A stretch of DNA of 64,000 nt from Octopus sinensis (GCF_006345805.1 NC_043012.1:2666001-2730000), one strand, 5' to 3'; positions 13,349 through 24,317 are shown, numbered from the stretch's first letter. Notes: generated by a model not told the origin, from the sequence alone. A program made the numbers and translations.

Positions 13349-13612
13349 CATCATCATCATCATCATTAAATGTCCTCTTTTTTGTGCTTTCTTGGATCTA
13401 ATAGAATTTTTGAGGCAGATTTTCTATGGCTGGATGCCTTTCCTGTTGCCAATCCTTAACTGTTTCCAAGCACAGTAATATTTCCCCATGGTCAGACTTG
13501 TTTTTCATGGAAATTGGAAAAGAACAACTTCTCTTGTGTGATGGTGATTCTCATTCATAACCATTACATTATGTATATGTGCATGTGTATGTGTATTATG
13601 TGTGCATGTCTG

Positions 13613-13660
<48 letters not shown>

Positions 13661-13820
13661 AAAGGCTTCTTTCAGTTTCCATTTACCAAACTCACAAGAC
13701 TTTGGTTGGCCTAGAGCCATAGTAGAAGATTCTCATCCAAGATGCTATGCAGTGGTATTGAACTCAGGACCACATGGCTGGAAAGAAGGCTTCTTAACCA
13801 CACAACCACACCTGTGCCTA
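13349..13820 (-). mobile_element. SINE family E copy
   Basis: Homologous to 9160-9630, with internal (TG)n. Confidence 0.7.
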
Positions 13821-14067
13821 ATTAACAGTAATTTATTTCTCTAAAGATGACAAGTAATTCCTCACAACAAGAGAAGGTACTTGTCTTTGGTGGTTAGGGT
13901 AATCCAGGCTGTGTGGGATTCCTTGAGAAAAACAGACAAGCAACTGGGGAGTTTGTTTATAGGTTTGAATTTATATAAATGTAACTTCAAACAATCTTCT
14001 CTTCATAAATAATGTCAAAAGCATGTTACCTGTAACATGTTCTAAAATGTTCTTTTGTATTTTACAG

Positions 14068-17000
14068 TGCCAAGTCTGATATTGCTGTGGAGGAAGATTA
14101 CTTTGAAGGATCTGAAGAAAGTGAAACTGAAACTTTGGAAGAGGTAGCCTCTGAAGAAGCTGATACCAATGACGAAATTGATGATATCATTGAGGAGAAT
14201 GTAGATGACAGAGAGGCTGTCGGTCAAGCCATGGAAGAAGTTCTAACAAGTCTTGAAAGAAGGTCTTCCAGTAGCGAGGAAGAGGGAGAAATGACTCCTG
14301 CCAAAGCTTGGGAAGGCATGCAAGACGATGATGACGTCTTCATGAAAGAGAGCACCAATATTAGAGATAGCACCTACAATGGTGAACCCATGGAAAATGG
14401 CACCTATGAAGACAATGAAGTTGTTGCAAATGGCACTTTTGCTAATGAAGATATCTACAAAGGCAGAGCTGTTGAAGGTGATGTCATTAAAGGTGTTGCC
14501 ATTGTAAGAAATACTGTGGAAGATGATAATATTGGTGAAAACATTGAAGATGACAACATTGTGAATGACACTGAGCAAATTCTTGAAGCTGATGTAAAAA
14601 CCGATGTGTTAGAGGAGATGAAGGAGGAGGAATTACATCTAAATAATTCCAGTGATGACGAATCGAAGAGCACAGAGACAACAAACACAGAAAAAGCTGT
14701 TCTTCGAAGTGTTTCTGCCATGTCTGATGACACTATTGTTGACTCAGAGGATAGCACTCTGCAGTCTGTACTCCGTAGCTTAGAAAGAATGGACGAGCCA
14801 TCAACGCCAGTTTTAGAATCAGAGCCTTGGAACAAACTTGATGAAAGATTCATTACCAAAAGAAAGAAGAAACCCAAAAAAGATGATGGTGGATCTGGAT
14901 CAGACACCAGCTTTACACTATCGACACCAAGTAAATCAATTCACTCTTCTTTAAGTTCTCTTAACGATGCATTGCAGTACAACAAACAAATTCTGTCAGA
15001 AACTGCTGCCAATAATTCTGATAATGAACTCCTCAACGAGTTTCAGCAAGTTATAGAAGAAAGACTCGATGAGGTTAATAACGAAGCTGAAAACATTGCT
15101 GTTGAGGAGGCACCACAAGAGGATGATGTTACTTTGATTGAAAACACATTTTCTGATCTTCCAGAAGAATCGGTGAAGGCTGAGGAAGAATTGCAGAAAA
15201 TCAAGGTAATAGATGTCTCTGTGGTGTCAAAAGATGAAGATAAAGTTACAGAACCATTACATGAAGAAATGGAAGTTGAAGAAGCACCAAAGAATCTCGA
15301 AATGGAATTGGAAGAAATCTCTAAATTCCCAGAAGAAATTGTTGAACAGGAGGAGGACGTTATTGTTAATAAAAATGTCAATGCTAATTTGGAAATGGTT
15401 GAGAATGAAAGCGAGCAAATATTAGCAGACCTTAACAATGAGAATCTTCCAGTGTCCTCAACTAGGAATGAAGATATTACAGAGTTGTTGGACAATGAAG
15501 TTCCCGAGAAAACCCCAAATGAAATAATTAATGATCTAGACAAGAAAACAGCAATTACTTCTTCACATAAACTGCTAAATAAAACTGAAATTTATGAGTC
15601 AAAAGAAACTGAAGAGGAGCCTTGTAGTCCTAGAGAGGAAAAAATGGTACATTCTGTATCTGTAACTGAAAAGACCAAGCAGAGTATTCCACAATTGGCT
15701 TTCTCACCAAAAAAGAACAAATTAGCTGATAAAAAGCCTTTGTTGGTTGACATTGCTGATAGGCACCCTCTTTTTGCTAACAAGAAACCTACTGTGGATA
15801 CTCTGAGTAAGGTTGATGTTGAAAGCAGTGCTGCTGCTATACCTACAACTACTACTATTACCAGTACACCTACTACAACTACAACTAGTGTTACTGCTGA
15901 TGATAATGAGGATGCTGCTAATACTCCAACAACACCTACTGAAGTTAAATATAGAAATTCAATACCCATAAAACCGCCTCGGTCAGCTCGGCCTCTGACC
16001 ACTGAATTTGATTCTCGACGTCCTCTCTCTGACCTTATTTTAGAAAGCCAACCTATAGCTATTCCATCTTCTGACAGAATCCAGTCAAATAAAACTAGTG
16101 CCAACAAACAAGTTACACGAGCTTCTTCACTTCCGAGGGAAAGTTATATGGAAAAATATCTTTCAAGTGTTGATGTTGAAATGAGAAAGAAACCTGAATA
16201 TTTGTGGAAAGGTGATAATAAAGATAATTGGAAACGTTACTCGGATTTGCCTGAGAACAACGGTAATTATGATATGACAGTTGTCAGTAAACAACTTCCT
16301 GACAATATCACCAGGAAAAATTACTCTCATTCAAAAAGCTTAGATAGAAATTTTGTTGCTGGAAGTCGGGAATTATCTCCAGCACCAAAAGCTACTTTAG
16401 ATGAAAGCCCAACTGATTTAACACCTGTTCCAAAGCCTCGTCGTATTTTACCAGAAGTTACTGAATTAAAAAGAAGCCTTCCACCTTTGAAGCCACTAGC
16501 TCCTACTCCGGCTTCCAGAACCTCTTTAAAAGCTAAATCTGCTGGGAGCACTCCAGTAAGCACAGCTACCAAAGAACCTGAAGAAAACAAAAAACAACCT
16601 TTTATTCCAACTAAGTTAGAAGAAAAAATGAAACCTAATGCTTCTTTGACTGTGCCTCCTGAAGGTAGGAATGACAAAAGGCGTAAGATTCCTGTAGATG
16701 CAAGTTTGAAGAAACCTCAAAAAGAAAACCATCTTGATAAGCAATCTAGTGTTGTAGAATCTATTGATGATATTCCCTTTGCTGATGAAAGCGATAGTGA
16801 TGCTCTGACAACTATCAGCATCAGCTCAGTGGAACAGTTCCCTGGAACTCTCATAAAATCAAAGCCGGTCCGCCGGGTATCCCATTCTGCATTTAAGAAA
16901 AGGATATTGCCAGCGGCTCCGAAAAAGGAACCAGCTTCCCCCATTGTACCAACTAATTCAACAAAACCACCAGAACCAAAGAAAAAGGAAAGAGTAATCT

Positions 17001-17666
17001 CTCTCACCAAGATGATTCCTACCAACAAACGAGACAGTTACAACCAAGACATTCCAGCGTCGGTGTTATTGTCTACGCCTTACACCACATCTCCCTTCTG
17101 GAAGATGTCACCCACTCCAAATACACCCATTCCGAGTACCTATTCAGACCAAACCCCTGTTAAGCAGCAATCCCTAACAACAAACCAGTCTGCATTCAGT
17201 CCAAAAGTTCCCAGCCCCACACCAAAACCCTTCCTAAGTTGGTCACAATCTACAAGCACTAAGAAACCTGAAAAGCCTAAAGAAGGGACTCAGTCAGAAG
17301 GTTCTTCAACTGCATCCACCCCAAAGAAAGAAAAGAAACGGTCCTTATTGTCTATGTTCTTGCCAAGTAAGTCTCGTAATAAGAGTACCAGCAGTGGTTC
17401 TGAAAGCTCTGACAAGCAAAAAACTCCAACATCAAGTAAAGAGAAGAAACTAGGGCAAAAACCCAGCAAAACTGTAAATGATAAAAAAGACAAAGGAATA
17501 AAACATACTGATTCTAAAGATCTAGATTTTGATCTTAGCAGGGACATGACAGACCTTAGTATAAAATCTGTTTTCCATGTAAAAGACCGGCCACATATTA
17601 CACCAGAGCAAAAACTGCGCATTTTGGAAAGTGGGCTCAAAGCAATAATTCCACCAAGAGGAGATG
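14068..17666 (+). CDS. MICAL: MICAL-family giant exon (3599 nt, ~1200 aa): E/D-rich then S/T/P/K-rich disordered region
   Basis: ttttgtattttacAG acceptor at 14067 and G|GTAAGA donor after 17666. The frame is uninterrupted (ORF 14087..17923; its tail past 17666 is intron read-through). Composition fits the MICAL middle region. Confidence 0.93.
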
Positions 17667-18746
17667 GTAAGAAGTTTGGATGTTTTTTTTTTCTTGGTTT
17701 TTATTTTTGTGAGTTTTTGGTATTTTGGTGTTGTTGTTGTTGTTTAGCTCTGAACAAGCAGACTAATAATCAATGGTTTTCTTATTATGACCACCTCATC
17801 TTCCTTTTTTTTTTAACCCCCCCCCCCCAAGACATAATGTCTCTAAGTCTACATTATTTACTGGGTCTTTCCTATGTATTTTTTAAAAATCAAATTTCAC
17901 TCAAACCACATCCTACTATTTAAAAAAATTAGAGAAAGGATGTATATGTAAGTATGTACATATATGTATGTATATATGCATATATATAAATACACACACA
18001 CACACCACACTATTTATATTATTATATGATTGAACGCCACGCATCCATTTCCAAGTAAGTTTATCTTAATGATTTTGATGCGCACTCTCTGTGCTGTTCT
18101 CTCTCCTTTCATTTCCCCTCTCTTCCTTTCTCTAATTTTTTTTATCTCCCCTTTTCCCTCTTTTGTGTTTTCTCTCTCATCCTTTCTCTAATTCTTTTCC
18201 TCTCCCTTTCACCATTCTCCCTCTGTCCCTCTCTCTTTCTCGCTCTTCCTCCTTTACTCTCTCGTTGCTCACACGTGACCATTGGCCATCTTTTTTTTCC
18301 TAACTTGAGCTTCTTTCTTTCCTTTTGATCTACCACACAGATCACACGCATTCTTGTCTGTCTCTTCTATCTTTTTTCCTGTCAAAGCTTGTTCCTCCCC
18401 ACCTCATTATGGCTTAGAAGCCCTTACTGTTCGTTTTCACTGTCCTGTTTTTGTTACCAACTTTGACCCTCCACAAATCCCAAATTTTATTTTGCTTTGT
18501 TGGAGCAACTGTTTTCTTGTAGACATATCTTGTTGTAATTGCTCAAAATGTGGAGTAGATAAAATAACCGACAACTGATGAAGGGTCGTTCTTTATGTTA
18601 CTTGTCTTGTTTTCCATTTGTTCTTTTGTTGTTCACAAAAGAAGTTTGTATTCCATGTTTTTGACGTTTGATGACATCCTGTACCTATTATTATTATTAT
18701 ATGCATGTATATATATGTACATATATGTAAGTATGTGTGTGTGTGG

Positions 18747-18781
<35 letters not shown>

Positions 18782-19002
18782 TAATCAATATAGGGTGGCA
18801 AAAAATTTTGTAGAATTTTTTTGCCACCAGCGGCCTAGTGGGAAAAAATTAAATAGTCATAGACCATTTATAAGTTCAACATCACAATCAAGGAACGGCC
18901 ATAATAGGCCATTCACCCACTAGAAATAACAGCCAAAGCTTCAACCGCAAAATAACATTAATTCCGCAAAACAGGAGAAAATTAAAAAACATTTACCCTG
19001 TA

Positions 19003-19109
19003 ATTTCTTATACGATGCACCGTTTCATCTACTGTTTAATGGTAAACTAACCTGATTAAATTAAATCAAGCCAATCTTCCATAGGCCCTTAGATTCGTCA
19101 GTAAGAAAT
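19003..19109 (-). ncRNA. Type I hammerhead ribozyme motif (antisense twin)
   Basis: Reverse complement of the motif above, with an 8-bp stem I (ATTTCTTA/TAAGAAAT). TCGTCAG at 19095-19101 and TTTC at 19023-26. Predicted cut between 19011 and 19010. Confidence 0.75.
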
Positions 19110-19347
19110 AGCCAGATCGGAACAGATATTTTCACGAGGCATTTCTGTCCCTGCCTCGGCACCCATTTTGCCACCCTATATTGATTAATTATGAATTTTC
19201 TGGTTGATTCCGTAATGGAATCGGCGGCTTATATTTATTTGCTGCCGATAAATTTGGCGCGAGTGCGATGATTTGAAAATTTTAGGTCAGATATTGCCGA
19301 GGCAGGGACAGAAATGCCTCGTGAAAATATCTGTTCCGATCTGGCTA

Positions 19348-19450
19348 TTCTTACTGACGAATCTAAGGGCCTATGGAAGATTGGCTTGATTTAATTTAAT
19401 CAGGTTAGTTTACCATTAAACAGTAGATGAAACGGTGCATCGTATAAGAA
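19348..19450 (+). ncRNA. Type I hammerhead ribozyme motif (sense to MICAL pre-mRNA)
   Basis: Stem I TTCTTA (19348-53) pairs with TAAGAA (19445-50). Core CTGACGA at 19354-60. Stem II ATCTA (19361-65)/TAGAT (19424-28) with a 58-nt insert. GAAA at 19429-32. Stem III ACGG-[TGCA]-TCGT. GUA cleavage triplet ends at 19444. Confidence 0.75.
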
Positions 19451-19572
19451 ATTACAGGGTAAATGTTTTTTAATTTTCTCCTGGTTTGCGGAATTAATGT
19501 TATTTTGCGGTTGAAGCTTTGGCTGTTATTTCTAGTGGGTGAATGGCCTATTATGGCCGTTCCTTGATTGTG

Positions 19573-19610
<38 letters not shown>

Positions 19611-19869
19611 ATATATATGTGTGTGTGTGTATATATATATGTATATACCCTTCAGTCATGCTTTTAATCTATCACTCAGTGTGTGCACATGAAAAACTTT
19701 TATCCTTCCAGTCATTCTAAAATTTTCTAAGAATTAAACAAGGCTTCACTAAGGTCATCTAATAATACTAAAACATATTTACATTTTTCACTGTATTGCT
19801 AAACAATCAGATTCACTCATCACTATATTACATATTTAACCGATTTTAATTAGTGAAAAAAAAGAAAAG

Positions 19870-20324
19870 CATGGTGGTGGAATTGCTATATATGTATTTC
19901 TGCTTCTTTGAACATGAGCAGCAGCAAGCCCACTACCACCAGCATGCTTAGACAAATTTAGCCCCCACTGATACAGAAAATCAGTGATTAACAAAAGAGT
20001 TGCAAATAGCTAGCAGGCCAGATAAAAATTTGTTACTTGCAATGAAAGCTGTATTAGATTAAAATAGCATTCTGTATATCATACTTAATGCAGATATACT
20101 GTAGAAAACCCGGAAAAACAGTATTTGTCTTAATAAAACATCTTGTTTAGATGTAGAGTGTTCAAGAACACACAAATGTACCAGTAACAAACAAAAAGTG
20201 TCCAGCTAGTAGTGGAATTGTAGTGGGGGCTAAATTTGTCTTAGCATGCAGTTGCTAATAGATGCTAGCTATTGACAATGCTGAAAGAAACAGAAATACA
20301 TATTTAGCAATTCCACCACCAATG
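19870..20324. mobile_element. Palindromic MITE-like element with long imperfect terminal inverted repeats
   Basis: 19873-19909 matches the reverse complement of 20284-20320 (2 mismatches). 19942-19969 matches the reverse complement of 20222-20249 (1 mismatch). Confidence 0.7.
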
Positions 20325-20742
20325 TTGCTAGATAGCAATGCTACTGATATATTTCTAATTTAAAAAAAAAACACAGTAGTCAAAGCCTCATTACTATTCA
20401 CACAACTTTAACTGTTTACTCATGCACACATACACACATCTACAGATTAAATGCTCATACAGACAGTATCTCTTACACCACCGCTATCCCCCTCCTTCAA
20501 TAGATTTGTACAAGCTACACACACACAAACATAAAACTATAGACATGACACATGTATGCATCAAAGAAGTGAATTTTCTCTTGACTGATAATATTGCTCC
20601 AAATTTTTCCAATGTCTTGCAGCTAAGAATATAGTTTTGAGATTGTGTTTATATTGGAAATTGGTCAATGCCTAACTGACATTAAGCGTTTCTCAGATAA
20701 TTCATTCTTTATTTTTGTCTTTATCTTATGAAAACTTTTCAG

Positions 20743-20807
20743 ATGAGTTCTCGGATTCTGGAGAAAGCTTTTTATCAACTGATACATCTGTATCAAGAAG
20801 ATCAAAA
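20743..20807 (+). CDS. MICAL: MICAL-family small exon (DEFSDSGESFLSTDTSVSRRSK)
   Basis: cttttcAG acceptor and AAA|GTAAGG donor. 65 nt, phase 1 to 0, bridging the flanking exons in frame. Confidence 0.88.
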
Positions 20808-20968
20808 GTAAGGACGAAACCTACTTTCTTTGTTGAATTCTGTTTTTCTCATGGATTGTTGTTGTTGTTGTCTTTTTGCTGCCTTTGTCAGCTAAGGTTT
20901 ACTTTCTTCCAATAAACTTGTGTAAAATAATTATAAAGTAAAAAAAAAATTAAAATCTACCTTTCCAG

Positions 20969-21146
20969 TTGAGCGATCCGAAAAAGATCCAGCAAGCTGC
21001 TCGGAAGCAACAGAAACGCCAGCAACAACAAAGACTGCGCAGGGCTCAGGAAATACAACGGCGGTTAGAAGAAGTAGATGTGCAACAGAAAGAATTGGAA
21101 GACAGAGGCGTTATTGTTGAAAAAGCTTTGCGGGGCGAAGGTCTTG
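20969..21146 (+). CDS. MICAL: MICAL bMERB (DUF3585) domain, first part: LSDPKKIQQAARKQQKRQQQQRLRRAQEIQRRLEEVDVQQKELEDRGVIVEKALRGEGL
   Basis: ctttccAG acceptor and G|GTAAGG donor. The peptide aligns by eye with the vertebrate MICAL3 C-terminus as I recall it (KAARRQAKQEELKRLHRAQ.IQRQL..VE..QR.LE.RGV.VEKALRGE). Confidence 0.95.
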
Positions 21147-21375
21147 GTAAGGGTTTTTCATTTTCTCTTAAGGGTTTCCATGTTCTTTTGTCTAAAGCAG
21201 ATAAAAATTTTTACCTTTCCAGAATTGTTTTGACTTGTAGAATTTTATGAAGACTTCTTTTTCTATAGCAACTTTACAATCTTTATGAAATGGTGCCTTT
21301 GACTACTGGGTATAGAAATCCCAACACTTTTTAAACTGGGGCTTTCAGCTGTAGACACACAGGTGACATGACTCA

Positions 21376-21592
21376 TTAACCCATTCGTTACCATATTTCT
21401 GTTAAAATACACTACTTTTGTTTTGATTAATTTTGAAAATAATGAGGAATTTAGGAAAAATAACTTTGCTATTATTAAACTGATACTTGGAATACAGATT
21501 AGCATGAAAGTTTTAATTTAGATCACTTTAAACATGAAGTTTCTATTATAGAACAGGATCAGTCTTAGACAAGTTGGTATCAATACAGTTAA
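21376..21592. mobile_element. piggyBac-like MITE (TTAA-CCC ends), decayed
   Basis: TTAACCCATTCGTTACC...GGTATCAATACAGTTAA. A homologous copy at 42195-42369 ends GGTATCAAAAGGGTTAA. Confidence 0.6.
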
Positions 21593-22738
21593 ATGGCAGA
21601 CATAGAGGTCACAGCGCCCATTAAAGTTTACATCTTAGTCTTGTCATTCTTATAAAATGGAAAATGTTTGTGGATTCGTTGCTTGTGGGAATCACTTACA
21701 TTGGTATCGTTTGGTTTTCTTCATAGGTAATCTAATTGGGCTTAGATAATGCTTGGATATTGGTGTCTTGTTTTGGGAGGTTCCTTGGCATACAGAGACA
21801 TCACCCATCTAAGTAGTTCTGTACTCTTTAGGTAAAGAAATCAGAGTACTTATTAGAATGGTACTCTAAATTGAACGACAGTTTTTGCTGTTGTGATTCA
21901 GTTGTTTGACTTTATTTTCCTTTTGAATATGTTGTTTTTTACTTCTACCAGATTCTTTTAAAATACTACAAGTACTACTTATAAATTCCAGGTCGTGTTA
22001 ACTGCTTAAACCCCATGTCACGTGGAATTTCCTTCTTCTCTTCTAAAATTAGATTAGAAAATATTTATTTTCAAAGATTGAAGGAAAAAATAATTGAATA
22101 CAAAAAAATTTAATTTGAGAAATTGTACCATAATCAGAAAGGACTAAAGGGTTTTTATTTTCAGATTGGAAAAGATGGTCAACTGAAAATGCTGGGCTGT
22201 GTTTTTTAGGGACATATCTAACATTTTTCAAATGACAAATGTATGAAGTTTAAAATGAAATTTTTCAGTGTTTCCCATGTTTGTGTGGTTAAAGAGTTTA
22301 CTCCAAAGCTATGATTAAATTTATCCCTATACTTGGTTGGTATATATTTTATTTGACTCCCCAAAAATATGGAAGACAATGTTCACTCTGGTAGTGTTCA
22401 ACTATAAGGTGTTTAGTCTACCGGCTGAATTATAGACCTTCCTTTGTCGCCATCACCTTTCGAAATGTGGTGAACCAGTGATTCTTCCATTAGAAAATTA
22501 TAACCAAAAATGCTATTGTTCACAACATGCATAATATAAATAATAATAATGATAACAGGTGCAGTTGTGACTATGTGGTCAAGAAGCTTCCTTCCCAACT
22601 GCATGGTCTCAGGTTCAATCCCACTATGAAGTACCTTTAGCAAGCATCTCTCCACTATGGCCCTGAGCTGAATAAAGCCTTGGGTGGATTTGGTAGACAA
22701 AAAATGAGGGAAGCTTATTGTATACATGCATGTGTGTG

Positions 22739-22794
<56 letters not shown>

Positions 22795-22989
22795 AATGTT
22801 GAACATAAGTAGTTATAATCCAAGCTGTGCCTGTTTCAAACACATCTAGTTGTTCACATTAAGCCATTGTATGTATACAGATGTTATTTTAAATGTGATG
22901 TATATGGCAGTTGAAATTTTTGGTGAATTCAGTTTGTAGAGTAATTGCTTATCAAAACAGAATACTGGAAAAATTTGGTATATTTTTTT

Positions 22990-23160
22990 AATTCCAGTTA
23001 CACATATTTCATTCTAAGATAGGAGTTACAAAGACCTGCATGTTGAAAAATGCATAAATTTTGTCTGAAGAATTATGGATAGGAAATTCTATATATGTTT
23101 TTTCTTCATAAATACCTTTGTAACTCCTATCTTGTGATGAAACACATGTACAATGGAATT
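22990..23160. mobile_element. Short MITE-like inverted repeat
   Basis: AAGATAGGAGTTACAAAG (23016-33) is a perfect inverse of 23116-33. Degenerate pairing extends out to AATTCC/GGAATT. Confidence 0.6.
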
Positions 23161-23376
23161 AAAGATATACCATATTTTTTCAGTCTTCTCTTTCTAACAA
23201 TGAGAGTGAGTGCTCAACACTGCATTGGTGGATAAACATTCTTTATTTATGGATGTTCATCTCCACCTTGGATTAAAACAAGATGGAAACAAACACTGAT
23301 GTTCTATGTGAGAGGTTTGATAATCTTTAAGGGATCACATGAAACCAATGGTAGCCTTAACCCATAAATATATATA

Positions 23377-23726
23377 GGCACAGGCATGGCTGTGTGGTAA
23401 AAAGCTTGCTTCCCAACCACATGGTTCCGGGTTCAATCCCACTGTGTGGTACCTTGGGCAAGTGTCTTCTACTATAGCCTCTGGCTGACCAAAGCCTTGT
23501 GAGTGGATTTGGTAGACGGATATGTATATGTTTGTGTGTCTGTGTTTGTCCCACCCCACCATTGCTTGATGGGTGTGTTTACATTCCCGTAACTTAGTGG
23601 TGCGGCGAAAGTGACCGATAGAATAAGTACTACGCTTACAAAGAATTAGTCTGGGGTCAAGTTATTCAACTAAAGGCAGTGTTCCATCATGGCTGCAGTT
23701 AAATGACTGAAACAAGTAAAAGAATA
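23377..23726 (+). mobile_element. SINE family A copy
   Basis: Full head-to-tail homology with 56584-56972. Confidence 0.85.
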
Positions 23727-24317
23727 TACGTGTGTATGTGTGAGTTACCATTGTCATGATATCATGCTATGATAGAAAAAGAGTATCACCATCTAACAAA
23801 TGATATTGTTTGTTTCTAGTCTTCTGTGGAAAACCTCTCTGGCTACAGGAAATATCACCTTGCTTTGAAACAGGTGAGGGTTGGCCACAGGAAGAGCATC
23901 TGACTGTAGAGAATCTGCTTCGGCAAAATCCACCTGAGCTATGCAAGCAATGGAAAGTGGATATTAAATGAATTATCATGATGACCATAATCATCATTTA
24001 ATGTCCATATTTCATACTGCCATGGGTTTTACAAGATCTGATGTGTCCAAGGACTGCATTGTGTTCCTGTGTCCTGCTTTAGCATGGTTTCCATGGTTTG
24101 ATGCCCTTCCTAATGCCAATAATAATAATAATAATAATAATAGTAATAATAATAATAATAATAGTAGTAGTAGTAGTTGTAGTAATAATTTAATAATAAA
24201 TATAATAATTATAATATAAATAATAATAAATATAATATGGATATAATACTCATAATGTAATAATAAATACAATAATAATAATAATATTAATAACAATAAT
24301 GATGGTGATCATAATAG

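Larger units (their letters stand above)
18777..19574. mobile_element. Inverted (head-to-head) Penelope-like pseudo-LTR / retrozyme-like insertion flanked by (TA)n
   Basis: Arms 18881-19161 and 19295-19574 are reverse complements with 1 substitution and 1 indel seen. A 27-bp segment at 18777-18803 is inverted at 19166-19192. Each arm carries a hammerhead. The region is CpG-rich relative to its flanks. Confidence 0.7.

Noticed and set aside
14243-17640. Many minus-strand ORFs (111-171 aa) over the giant exon
   Set aside because: Antisense shadows of a Glu/Ser/Pro-biased coding frame, with no protein-like features of their own.
17667-17923. Hydrophobic/Cys-rich C-terminus of the 1278-aa ORF (possible TM segment)
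   Set aside because: Read-through into T-rich intron after a canonical GTAAG donor.
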